A stretch of 64,000 bases of DNA from a virus, in IMG/VR virus record IMGVR_UViG_3300021425_000008, positions 32,001-96,000 of that record. One strand, written 5' to 3'. Below, piece by piece: positions 1 to 9,975 of this stretch; the stretch's first letter is position 1, and every line of letters starts with the position of its first letter. The notes under the pieces are model-generated. The model saw only the letters and a program-made list of their open reading frames with translations. It was not told where the DNA came from and did not search any database. The translations under genes and the position numbers were made by a program.

Positions 1-140
1 GGCATCCAAGCCACAGCACATTTATAATTGTTTATCTCTTGTCCAGTCTGAGGATTATACCCCTGCACTTGTGTATACCACGCACACTTATGTCCAACAC
101 ACTTCTTCTTAATTAACGGACAAAATTCACCATCTTTCAT
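1..140 (-). CDS. Cys-rich hypothetical protein, 5' part (runs off window start)
   Basis: Manual translation of the reverse strand from ATG at 140: MKDGEFCPLIKKKCVGHKCAWYTQVQGYNPQTGQEINNYKCAVAWMP; minus-strand ATAAATA late-promoter motif at 168-174. Confidence 0.75.
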   Translation of the reverse strand, partial: MKDGEFCPLIKKKCVGHKCAWYTQVQGYNPQTGQEINNYKCAVAWM

Positions 141-184
141 CGTGTTAAATACTGAATGATTTGAAAATATTTATCTGGTTATAT

Positions 185-192
185 TATAAATA
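185..192 (+). promoter_or_regulatory. T4-type late promoter TATAAATA
   Basis: Exact gp55-type consensus 27 nt upstream of ATG 220. Confidence 0.8.
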
Positions 193-219
193 CAACTAAC
201 GGAAGGAAAATCATAGGTA

Positions 220-3200
220 ATGTCATTACTTAGGGCCGACAAGATTGCCAATAGGTTTAATAATACGGGTCCTATTATTGTAGGTCCGTCTACTGTAAGT
301 GGAAATTTCACAGTAACAGGGATCGCAACAGTTCTTGGTCTTGGTGTTACGCAGAGCATTTTAGTAGGTCAGGCAGTCACTACAAACTATCTGACCGTCA
401 ATAATGGTGCAGATGTATTCAATGCAAACCTGACAGGTATTACCACTGCAGGTATTGTCACTGGTGCTACATATTACGGTAACGGTGTCAATCTGACTGG
501 TGTTGTCACATCAGTCACCGCTGGTACAGGTATTCAAATCAGTCCTGTATCTGGTCAAGGTAGAGTTACAATTTCTGCGACTGGTGTTGCGGTTGCTGGA
601 TATGCCACAAACGCTGGTCTTGCAACTGATGTAAAAGGTGGAGCAGCTGGTGCAGTTCTGTATCAGGCGGGTGCTAACGATACTGCATTCACTGCAGTAG
701 GTTCTGGTGGAGAAATTCTTCAGTCAAACGGAACTGCGGCTCCCACCTGGGTCAGTCTTGCTGCAATTAATGTATCATATGCAGATAGTGCAGGTATTTC
801 TACTAACCTAAAGGGTGGTTCTGCTGGAAGAATTCCTGTTCAAAGTGGTATTGATCAGACATCATTCATCCCTGTTGGTGTATCTGGTAACATTCTTCTT
901 GCTCAGGGTTCATCTACCCCGATCTTTATTGATCCAAAGGCACAACTTGATGTAAGAAGAGCAAGATTTGCTGGTATTGCAACCAATTTACAGAGTGGTT
1001 ACATCTCATCCGCAACTTCATTGGAAGTTATTGGTGTCACCACACTGGGTGTTGCTACTGCAAAAACATTAGATGTCACTGGTATCACAACTACCGATCT
1101 TCTAAATGTTGGTACTGCAGGAACTATTCCTAACCTTACATTATCTAATTCAGGTATTGCAGTCACAGCGATTCTTGACGAAGATGATATGGTGTCAAAC
1201 AGAGCTGATGCTCTGGCAACACAACAATCTATTCGTGCATATGTAGATGCAACCAGAACTGGTATCGGACTGACATTCGATGCGGATACTGGTACAGGAA
1301 CAATTGACCTTGAAGAAGAGACCTTCACCATCGAAGGTACAGCGAATGAGATCTATACCATTGGTCTTGGTAATACAGTCACAGTTGGTCTGGATACTAA
1401 CGTCACTGTTCCAAACAACTTAGTTGTTTCTGGTGTCTCAACACTCTCTGGTTATGTAACTGCTGGAACTGGACTGACGGTTGCTGGTACTGGCATTACT
1501 GCAACCACACTGAATGTCACTGGATTCTCTACACAGACAGGATTTGCAACATTCGGAAGTTCGGTTAATGTTGCTAATGAATTCTATGCAGGTGGTATTT
1601 CATCTGTCGGTGCAGCAATCACGATGTTCCCTTCTTCGGGTATCGTCAGTGCTACAGCATTCTATGGTGATGGTTCAAACCTGACTGGTGTTGTTGGTCT
1701 GGTATCTGTCACCAACATCCTGTTCGTCACACCTGATGGAAACGATGATAACGATGGTTATCTTTTATCAACCGCAAAGAGAACTGTTGGTTCTGCTCTG
1801 ACAGTTGCAGAAGCATCCACAGTTATCAAGATTTCTGCTGGTAATTATACAGAAAATAACCCAATTGTTCTTCCAGAACAGGTCACACTCCTCGGTGACA
1901 GTTTGAGAGAGGTATCTCTCATCCCACAAAACGCAGATCAGGATATGATCTACGTTGCAAATGGTAGTTATGTAGAAAATATATCCTTCACAGGATCACT
2001 GGATGCGGGTAAAGCAATTATTGCGTTTAATCCTGATAAACCATCTTACGTTACTCAGGGTCCTTACATCCGTAACTGTACTAACTTCATCTCCAATAGT
2101 ATTGGTATGAAGATTGATGGCAAACATGTCATCGGTGCAACCAAGGCGATGAACGTTGATAGCTACACCCAACTCAATCAAGGTGGAATTGGTGTTTCAA
2201 TCTCCAATGATGGTTATGCTCAGTTAGTTTCTATCTTCACGATCTATAACGATCAAAGTATTGTTTGTATCAATGGTGGTCAGTGTGACCTCACAAACTC
2301 CAACTCTTCCTTCGGTAGATTAGGTTTAGTTGCTGACGGTATTGGTTCAAGACAATTCTTAGGCACTGTCACTACTGCAACTGCTGCTAACACCCAAACA
2401 TTTACACTGAATGTAGGTGTTGGAACTCTGGGTATCACCACCGCTGACTATACGGCAAGCACAGGTATTATCACGATTACAACTGATGCTAACCACGGTT
2501 TCAATGAAGGTCAATCTGTAGAGATCAGAGATCTCGAATTCCAGTGTTCAAGTGGTCCTGGTATTGTCACATTCCCGTCTGGAAACTACGGATATATCTT
2601 TACCGTAGATGCAGTCGGTGCAGCCAATAGTTTCTCAGCTTATGTTGGTGTCTCAACTCTTACACACGATTATGTAAGAGCAGGTGTCACCTCAACATTT
2701 GTCACAAGACCTTATGATGGACAAGTGGTATATATAGATGAATTATATAATTCTATTGAAGGTGTCACCATCACTAATGGTGGTTCAGGTTATACTACAC
2801 CACCAGTAGTTACGTTCTCCTCACCTTCTGAGACCTGGGGTATTACAGCAACAGGTACAGCTGTCCTTACAAATGGTGCTGTATCTTCTATTCAAATGAT
2901 TTCAAATGGTAGAGGTTACACAGGAACTCCTACAGTCACCATAGATGGTGCTGCTACTGGCACCTGTAATATCTTACCTACATACTATGTGGTTAGTAGT
3001 AGTACCCCTATTGTCGGGGGTATATCTACAGTCACGTTTACTGAAAGAGTACCTTACGCGGTTGGTGTAGGATCGACAGTTCCATTCTTCAAACAGAGTA
3101 GAGTACTTGCTTCAAGCCACGCTTTTGAATATATTGGTTCTGGAAACACTGCACTTTCTGCACTCCCACAAAGAGGTGGTGTAGTAATCCCAGAAAACGA

Positions 3201-3381
3201 AGTTACGAGTAAGAATAGTGGTCTGGTCATTTACACATCAACTGACCAAGCAGGAAACTTTAAGATTGGTGATGGTGTTATTATTAATCAATTGGAAGGT
3301 TCTATCTCAGGTGACGCATATCAAAGATCTCTGTTTGCAAACATTACACCTTATATTCTCGCATTAGGAGGAGGAGACTAA
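220..3381 (+). CDS. Tail fibre / virion structural protein
   Basis: 1053 aa, G/T/V-rich; recurrent ATxFYGDGSNLTG fibre motifs, FVTPDGND...AKRT beta-helix-like start, ITNGGSGYT repeats typical of cyanophage structural proteins. Confidence 0.75.
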   Translation: MSLLRADKIANRFNNTGPIIVGPSTVSGNFTVTGIATVLGLGVTQSILVGQAVTTNYLTVNNGADVFNANLTGITTAGIVTGATYYGNGVNLTGVVTSVTAGTGIQISPVSGQGRVTISATGVAVAGYATNAGLATDVKGGAAGAVLYQAGANDTAFTAVGSGGEILQSNGTAAPTWVSLAAINVSYADSAGISTNLKGGSAGRIPVQSGIDQTSFIPVGVSGNILLAQGSSTPIFIDPKAQLDVRRARFAGIATNLQSGYISSATSLEVIGVTTLGVATAKTLDVTGITTTDLLNVGTAGTIPNLTLSNSGIAVTAILDEDDMVSNRADALATQQSIRAYVDATRTGIGLTFDADTGTGTIDLEEETFTIEGTANEIYTIGLGNTVTVGLDTNVTVPNNLVVSGVSTLSGYVTAGTGLTVAGTGITATTLNVTGFSTQTGFATFGSSVNVANEFYAGGISSVGAAITMFPSSGIVSATAFYGDGSNLTGVVGLVSVTNILFVTPDGNDDNDGYLLSTAKRTVGSALTVAEASTVIKISAGNYTENNPIVLPEQVTLLGDSLREVSLIPQNADQDMIYVANGSYVENISFTGSLDAGKAIIAFNPDKPSYVTQGPYIRNCTNFISNSIGMKIDGKHVIGATKAMNVDSYTQLNQGGIGVSISNDGYAQLVSIFTIYNDQSIVCINGGQCDLTNSNSSFGRLGLVADGIGSRQFLGTVTTATAANTQTFTLNVGVGTLGITTADYTASTGIITITTDANHGFNEGQSVEIRDLEFQCSSGPGIVTFPSGNYGYIFTVDAVGAANSFSAYVGVSTLTHDYVRAGVTSTFVTRPYDGQVVYIDELYNSIEGVTITNGGSGYTTPPVVTFSSPSETWGITATGTAVLTNGAVSSIQMISNGRGYTGTPTVTIDGAATGTCNILPTYYVVSSSTPIVGGISTVTFTERVPYAVGVGSTVPFFKQSRVLASSHAFEYIGSGNTALSALPQRGGVVIPENEVTSKNSGLVIYTSTDQAGNFKIGDGVIINQLEGSISGDAYQRSLFANITPYILALGGGD

Positions 3382-3384
3382 AAG

Positions 3385-3729
3385 ATGGCATTAGCCCTTA
3401 ACAATTATCAGACAATCACAGGTATTGTCACAACAGGTTCAGTTGGTATCTATACTGCACCAACTGGTTATAGTGCTATTGTCCTTTTAGCACAAACTAC
3501 TAATGTTGGTAGTAATACACAGACTATTAATTTTTCTCATGAGAGGACAACTGCAGGTATTGCTGTGACAACTGAAATCCTTCAGGGATTTCCAGTTCCA
3601 GCAAATGATGCTGCAAATCTTTTGGCTGGTAAACTCGTTTTGGAAACTGGTGACTCTCTTGTTATTTCATCAAGTAGCGATACTGATGTAAAATTCATCT
3701 CATCAATCCTAGAGACACTTAATCAGTAA
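3385..3729 (+). CDS. Small virion/fibre-associated protein
   Basis: 114 aa after GGAGA SD; IYTAP...KLVLETGD beta-sandwich pattern resembling the C-terminal domains of the next gene. Confidence 0.7.
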   Translation: MALALNNYQTITGIVTTGSVGIYTAPTGYSAIVLLAQTTNVGSNTQTINFSHERTTAGIAVTTEILQGFPVPANDAANLLAGKLVLETGDSLVISSSSDTDVKFISSILETLNQ

Positions 3730-3734
3730 AAACA

Positions 3735-5501
3735 ATGGCAAGATACGGAAGTAACGACCGTCTTAATTTAAAAGTTGGTGTAAGTTCGTTTAGTGAAAAC
3801 CTCACTTCACTTGCGGTTGTTGGTCGTACTGGAATTGGTTCCACAAGTTTTGATGCGGATTATGATTTAGATGTTAGAGGAAATGCTAATTTCACTGGTA
3901 TTGTAAGTGCAGTTTCCTTTTATGGAAGTGGACAAAATTTAACAGATCTGATTGAAGGAAAAATAGCTGGATTAACAGTTCAAGAAGAGGGTGGGACTGT
4001 AGGAACTGCTGGAAGTGTCGGATTAATAAATTTTGTAGGACCAAATGTTACTGCAACTGCATCTGGAATAGCAGCAACAATCACTATATCAAGTGCTGTA
4101 TCTTATGTTGATAACGCTGGTATAGCAACAAATGTTATAGGTGGTATTGCTTCAGTTACACAACTTTCAGTTTCTGGTGTTTCGACTTTAGGTATTGTAA
4201 CATCAGGAAACATTTATTCGACAGGAATTATCACTGCTATAAACTTCGTAGGTGATCTTACTGGTAATGCCACAAGTGCAACTTATTCTACTAGTGCTGG
4301 TATTGCATCTTATTCAACTTTAAGTGGTTTAGCAACTTATGCTGATAATGCTGGTATAGCAACAAATATAAAAGGTGGTGATACAGGAGATATTCCATAT
4401 CAGTCATCAACAAATACAACTACATTTGTAGACGGATCATTAGCATCAACTGGTCAAGTTCTTATTTGGAATGGTTCCATTCCTTCTTGGGGTAATGTAA
4501 GTGCTGCTTCTGGTGCCTTTGGTGGTATTAGTGTTCAAGATGAAGGAACTCCAGTTGGAACTGCTGGAAGTATTGTAACTGTTAATTTTGTTGGTGATAA
4601 TGTAAATGTAACTGCAACATCTGGAGCAAATGGAATTGCAACAATCACTGTTTCCAATTCATTTACACAATTATCAGTCTCTGGTATCAGTACTCTTGGA
4701 TCGGTCCAAATCTCATCAGGTATTGTAACTGCAACTTCTGGTGTAGTCACTTATTATGGTGATGGTTCTAATCTATCAGGAATTGTATCACCCGCAAGTA
4801 ATGGTGAGTTTTACACTGGAGTATCAAGTTCTCTACAACTTACTCCATTATCTTATGAGACCTCAATCTATACTTTCCCATCCACAGCAGGAAAGCAATA
4901 TGTGATTGAGTCTATTAATGTTGCGAATGTTGATACTTCTGTTGGTGTCGGCACCACTGTTAATATCATTGCATCAATTCAAGATGCTACTGCTGGAGAA
5001 CAAACTTACATTGCATATAATGTCCCAATCGTCAATGGTGGTTTGATTGAGTTACTGAAGAATCCAATCGTAGCAGGACCAAGTGATGTCATTAAGATGT
5101 GGGTCACGAATGATGCTTATACTGGTGTGAATAATGCTGCAGAAGTTTATATGAATTATAGTGAATATACAAGCACAGAATACACCAGTGAGTATGCATC
5201 TACAGTATCCATTGCGACTACTGATGTAACGACTGTTTATACCTCAAGCACTTATCCATCAACGATTGAAGCAATTCACCTTGCAAATCGCACTGATACT
5301 GGTGATTATCCAGTTTCTGTGAGTATCACAAATGGAGTGACGACTACATATCTTGCAAAGAATCTAATTATACCAAGATATGCAACGGTCGATATATTAG
5401 ATAGACCAAAGAGAATTGAAACAAATGGAGTAATTAAGGTAGAAGTCGGTCAAACATCAACGATTGATGTCATTATTGCTGGTAAACAAATCACTTCGTA
5501 G
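3735..5501 (+). CDS. Tail fibre-like protein
   Basis: 588 aa; duplicated VQ(E/D)EGxxVGTAGS...NFVG module, YGDGSNLSG motif, two C-terminal IYT/VYT domains. Confidence 0.7.
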   Translation: MARYGSNDRLNLKVGVSSFSENLTSLAVVGRTGIGSTSFDADYDLDVRGNANFTGIVSAVSFYGSGQNLTDLIEGKIAGLTVQEEGGTVGTAGSVGLINFVGPNVTATASGIAATITISSAVSYVDNAGIATNVIGGIASVTQLSVSGVSTLGIVTSGNIYSTGIITAINFVGDLTGNATSATYSTSAGIASYSTLSGLATYADNAGIATNIKGGDTGDIPYQSSTNTTTFVDGSLASTGQVLIWNGSIPSWGNVSAASGAFGGISVQDEGTPVGTAGSIVTVNFVGDNVNVTATSGANGIATITVSNSFTQLSVSGISTLGSVQISSGIVTATSGVVTYYGDGSNLSGIVSPASNGEFYTGVSSSLQLTPLSYETSIYTFPSTAGKQYVIESINVANVDTSVGVGTTVNIIASIQDATAGEQTYIAYNVPIVNGGLIELLKNPIVAGPSDVIKMWVTNDAYTGVNNAAEVYMNYSEYTSTEYTSEYASTVSIATTDVTTVYTSSTYPSTIEAIHLANRTDTGDYPVSVSITNGVTTTYLAKNLIIPRYATVDILDRPKRIETNGVIKVEVGQTSTIDVIIAGKQITS

Positions 5502-5513
5502 GGGTAATATAAA

Positions 5514-8500
5514 ATGAGTATTCGTCAGGATGTCTTTGGATTAGAGACAGTTTATAGTCTTCAGATAGAAGGATTATGGAGTGTTAAACCTGATGTGTGG
5601 TTAAGTCCAAGTCCATTTTTTGGATCTTGGGAGTATGGTTACTTTGGTGGTTCTCCTTCATCATCAACAATAGACCGCATAGATTACTCTAACGATACAG
5701 CAACAGCATCAGTAAGAGGACCATTAAGTATTGATAGATATCAATTATCGGCAACAGGCAATGCTTCTTATGGTTATTTTGGTGGTGGTGGTAGTCCTGG
5801 ATTATCAATAGTAGACCGTATAGATTACTCCAATGACACTGCAACAGCATCAGTAAGAGGTTCATTAAGTATTGGTAGAAGACTTTCATCTGCAACAGGT
5901 AATGCTTCTTTTGGTTACTTTTCAGGTGCTATTCCTGCAAAATCAACAGTAGACCGTATAGATTACTCTAATGATACCGCAACAGCATCAGTAAGAGGAC
6001 CATTAAGTTCTACTAGATATGGTGCAGCAGGAACAGGAAATCAATCATTTGGTTACTTTGGTGGTGGTGGTCCTGGTCCAAAGTCAACAGTAGACCGTAT
6101 AGATTACTCTAATGATACAGCAACAGCATCACCAAAAGGACCACTAAGTCTTGCTAGAATTGGTTTAGCAGCAACAGGTAATAGTTCCTTTGGTTACTTT
6201 GGTGGTGGTGGTCCTAGTCCAGAATACTCAACAGTAGACCGTATTGATTACTCTAATGATACGGCAACAGCATCACCAAAAGGACCATTAAGTATTATTA
6301 GAGATTTATTAGCAGCAACAGGTAATGCTTCTTATGGTTATTTTGGTGGAGGAAGTTTTCCCCCATTAACAACAGTAGACCGTATAGATTACTCTAATGA
6401 TACTGCAACAGCATCACCAAAAGGTCCATTGAGTCTTGGTAGAGAGGGTCCAGCAGCATCAAGTGCCAAAGCAAACGCAATTACTGATTTAACAGTAATT
6501 CCAGCATCAACACCAAGACCAACAGAAAGTCCCATTGGTTATGATACTGGGTATTTTGGTGCTGGTCGTCCAGCAGGACCTGGAACATCAACAGTAGATC
6601 GTATTGATTACTCTAACGATACAGCAACAGCATCACCTAAAGGACCATTAAGTGTTGCCAGGGCAATGTTAGCAGCAACAGGTAATAGTTCTTTTGGTTA
6701 TTTTGGTGGTGGTTTTCCTGCTACATCATCAATAGTAGATCGGATTGATTATTCTAATGATACTGCCACTGCAGCACCAAAAGGACCATTAAGTGTGACT
6801 AGACATAATTTAGCAGCAACAGGTAATCAATCATTCGGTTACTTTGGTGGTGGTCGTGCTCCATCAGCATCATCATCAATAGACCGTGTTGATTATTCTA
6901 ATGATACTGCCACTGCAGCATCAAAAGGACCATTAACTTCTGTTAGATATTCTTTCGCAGCAACAGGTAATCAATCATTCGGTTACTTTGTTGGTGGTCG
7001 TCCTTCTCCCAATAAATCATCAGTAGACCGTGTTGATTATTCTAATGACACAGCAACAGCATCACCTAAGGGTCCATTGAGTGATGTTAGGTATGATATG
7101 GCAGCAACGGGTAATGCTGACTTTGGTTACTTTGGTGGTGGTGAAGTCGTAAACACAACTTCAACAGTAGATCGAGTTGATTATTCTAATGATACTGCAA
7201 CGGCAGTAGCAAAAGGTCCATTATCTGATGGTAGATATTCTTTAACAGCAACAGGTAATCAATCATTCGGTTACTTTGGTGGTGGTGTTGCTGCTCCAGG
7301 TCATAGATCAAATATAGACCGTATTGATTACTCTAATGATACTGTTACTGCATCACCTAAGGGTCCATTAACTGCTACAAAATATAAGTTTGCAGCATCA
7401 AGTTCAAGAGCAAATGCACTTCCAACAACAGAAACTGTATTAGTAGCACCTCCAGGACCCACAAACTTTGCAACTGGTGCAGTAGAAACCTTCCAAACTG
7501 GATACTTTGGTGGAGGTCAAGGTCCATACACATCAACAGTAGACCGTGTTGATTACTCTAATGACACGGCAACAGCATCAGTAAAAGGTCCATTGAGTCT
7601 TGCTAGAGCAGCACTAGCAGCAACAGGTAATGCTTCTTATGGTTACTTTGGTGGTGGTCAACCTGGTACAGTATCAACAGTAGACCGTATTGATTACTCT
7701 AATGATACAGCAACAGCATCACCTAAAGGACCATTAAGTTCTAACAGACAATATATGGGAGCAACAGGTAATGCTTCTTATGGTTACTTTGGTGGTGGTC
7801 TTGTAACATCAGTAGTAGACCGTATAGATTACTCTAATGACACTGCAACAGCATCACCAAAAGGTCCATTGAGTGTTGCTAGACAACAATTAGCAGCAAC
7901 AGGTAACCAAAACTTTGGTTACTTTGGTGGTGGTCAAAATCCTGGTGGTAATCTATCAACTGTAGACCGTATTGATTATAGTAATGACACTGCAACAGCA
8001 TCACCTAAAGGACCATTAAGTCTTGCTAGAAGATATCTAGCAGCAACAGGTAGCAGTTCATTTGGTTACTTTGGTGGTGGTTTTCCTGGTCCCATATCAA
8101 CAATAGACCGTATTGATTACTCTAATGACACTGCAACAGCATCACCTAAGGGTCCATTAAGTCTTGCTAGATATGGTTTAGGAGCAACTGGTAGTGCTTC
8201 TTTCGGTTATTTTGGTGGTAGTGCTCCATCAGCATCATCAACAGTAGACCGTATAGACTACTCTAATGATACCGCAACAGCAGCACCAAAAGGACCATTG
8301 AGTTCTGTTAGACAAGATATGGGAGCATCAAGCGCAAGAGCCAACGGATTTGCCGCAATTGATACTACATTACCACCAGCAAACTCACCAGTCCAAAACT
8401 TCCCAGTAACACTCTTTGGTTACTTTGGTGGTGGTGCTCCAGGTCCAGTATCAACAGTAGACCGTATCAATTATGCAAATGACACAGCAACAGCATCACC

Positions 8501-9293
8501 TAAAGGTCCATTAAGTGGTACTAAACAGGGTACAATGGCAACAGGTAATAGTTCTTATGGTTACTTTGGTGGCGGTAATCCATATGTATCAACAGTAGAC
8601 CGAATAGATTACTCTAATGATACGGCAACAGCATCTCCTAAAGGTCCATTGACTGCTGTTAAGGGATTTGGATCTGCAACAGGTAATAGTTCCTTTGGTT
8701 ACTTTGGTGGTGGAGTTAGTCCTGCTTTTAGTCCATCTACCATATCTTCAGTAGACCGCATAGATTATTCTAATGATACAGCAACAGCATCACCTAAGGG
8801 ACCATTAAGTCTTGCCAGACATTACTTAGCAGCAACAGGAAATCAATCTTATGGTTACTTTGGTGGTGGTAATGGTCCATTCTCAACAGTAGACCGTATT
8901 GATTACTCTAATGACACCGCAACAGCATCACCTAAAGGACCATTAAGTGTGGCTAGATATAATGTAGCAGCAACAGGTAATGCTTCTTATGGGTGGTTTG
9001 GTGGTGGTTTTACTCCCAGCCATAGATCAATAGTAGACCGTATTGATTACTCTAACGACACTGCTACAGCATCACCAAGAGGTCCATTAAGTTTTGATAA
9101 AAGTGCTTCAGGAGCAACAGGAAATTCTTTCTTTGGTTACTGGGGTGGTGGAGGTCAAGGAATTCCTCTATCATTAGTAGACCGTATTGATTATTCTAAC
9201 GATACAGCAACAGCATCACCTAAAGGAGCATTGAGTCTTGCTAGAGTATACTTAGCAGCAACCTCAGCAGCAGCAAACGGATTGCCACAATAA
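5514..9293 (+). CDS. Kelch-like beta-propeller repeat protein A (24 repeats, 4 blocks of 6)
   Basis: About 49-aa unit GYFGGG-var-STVDRIDYSNDTATASPKGPLS-xAR-xxLAATGN; GG/R pattern is Kelch-like; three linkers separate blocks of six. Confidence 0.85.
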   Translation: MSIRQDVFGLETVYSLQIEGLWSVKPDVWLSPSPFFGSWEYGYFGGSPSSSTIDRIDYSNDTATASVRGPLSIDRYQLSATGNASYGYFGGGGSPGLSIVDRIDYSNDTATASVRGSLSIGRRLSSATGNASFGYFSGAIPAKSTVDRIDYSNDTATASVRGPLSSTRYGAAGTGNQSFGYFGGGGPGPKSTVDRIDYSNDTATASPKGPLSLARIGLAATGNSSFGYFGGGGPSPEYSTVDRIDYSNDTATASPKGPLSIIRDLLAATGNASYGYFGGGSFPPLTTVDRIDYSNDTATASPKGPLSLGREGPAASSAKANAITDLTVIPASTPRPTESPIGYDTGYFGAGRPAGPGTSTVDRIDYSNDTATASPKGPLSVARAMLAATGNSSFGYFGGGFPATSSIVDRIDYSNDTATAAPKGPLSVTRHNLAATGNQSFGYFGGGRAPSASSSIDRVDYSNDTATAASKGPLTSVRYSFAATGNQSFGYFVGGRPSPNKSSVDRVDYSNDTATASPKGPLSDVRYDMAATGNADFGYFGGGEVVNTTSTVDRVDYSNDTATAVAKGPLSDGRYSLTATGNQSFGYFGGGVAAPGHRSNIDRIDYSNDTVTASPKGPLTATKYKFAASSSRANALPTTETVLVAPPGPTNFATGAVETFQTGYFGGGQGPYTSTVDRVDYSNDTATASVKGPLSLARAALAATGNASYGYFGGGQPGTVSTVDRIDYSNDTATASPKGPLSSNRQYMGATGNASYGYFGGGLVTSVVDRIDYSNDTATASPKGPLSVARQQLAATGNQNFGYFGGGQNPGGNLSTVDRIDYSNDTATASPKGPLSLARRYLAATGSSSFGYFGGGFPGPISTIDRIDYSNDTATASPKGPLSLARYGLGATGSASFGYFGGSAPSASSTVDRIDYSNDTATAAPKGPLSSVRQDMGASSARANGFAAIDTTLPPANSPVQNFPVTLFGYFGGGAPGPVSTVDRINYANDTATASPKGPLSGTKQGTMATGNSSYGYFGGGNPYVSTVDRIDYSNDTATASPKGPLTAVKGFGSATGNSSFGYFGGGVSPAFSPSTISSVDRIDYSNDTATASPKGPLSLARHYLAATGNQSYGYFGGGNGPFSTVDRIDYSNDTATASPKGPLSVARYNVAATGNASYGWFGGGFTPSHRSIVDRIDYSNDTATASPRGPLSFDKSASGATGNSFFGYWGGGGQGIPLSLVDRIDYSNDTATASPKGALSLARVYLAATSAAANGLPQ

Positions 9294-9296
9294 ATA
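9248..9296 (+). repeat. 49-bp 3'-terminal repeat copy 1, containing late promoter ATAAATA over the stop codon
   Basis: Identical to 16635-16683; one mismatch to 19401-19448. Confidence 0.9.
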
Positions 9297-9319
9297 GTCA
9301 AAACAACTAAAACTACACT

Positions 9320-9973
9320 ATGAGTCTAATGATTGCTCTCCCCTGTCATGGGGGAATTGTGAGTGAAAAAACAACAATGAGTTTATTCAATCTGGGTAAA
9401 CTCTTAGTAAGAAATAATATTCCTCACGGTCTTCTCACACAGGCAAACTCTTCTCTAATCACACAAGGAAGATCCAAGTGTGCTAATTTCTTCCTCAACA
9501 ACACAGAGCACGAATATCTTTTCTTCTTAGACAGTGATATTGGTTTTAATCCAGAAGATGTATTAAAACTACTCTCACATCAGGTGGATATTGTTTCTGG
9601 TGCATATCCAATGAAAACAATACCAATTCGTTATTGTTACGATACAATTCAACCAGAGCAACGCAAAGGAGATTTGGTTAAAATAGAAGGAAATGGAATG
9701 GGATTTGTTCTCATTCATCGTAATGTATTCTTGAATATGGCACAAAACTTTCCAGACCTCAAATACATTCCACCAACAAATGACAGTAATCATCCACCAT
9801 CACAGGCAGAGATGAATAATTCATATCACTACTTTATGGAGCACAAGGAAAATCAGTCCTTTATGAGTGAGGACAAAAGTTTCTTTTTTCGTGCTAGAAT
9901 GTTAGGATATGATGTCTGGTTAGATACATCAATCAAATTACAACACGTTGGTTCACATATTTTTGCTGAGTAA
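9320..9973 (+). CDS. Glycosyltransferase-like protein (GT-A fold)
   Basis: IALPC start, SLITQGR, FFLDSDI (DxD), GMGFVLIHR, SEDKSF, WLDTSIKLQHVG motifs. Confidence 0.75.
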   Translation: MSLMIALPCHGGIVSEKTTMSLFNLGKLLVRNNIPHGLLTQANSSLITQGRSKCANFFLNNTEHEYLFFLDSDIGFNPEDVLKLLSHQVDIVSGAYPMKTIPIRYCYDTIQPEQRKGDLVKIEGNGMGFVLIHRNVFLNMAQNFPDLKYIPPTNDSNHPPSQAEMNNSYHYFMEHKENQSFMSEDKSFFFRARMLGYDVWLDTSIKLQHVGSHIFAE

Positions 9974-9975
9974 TT

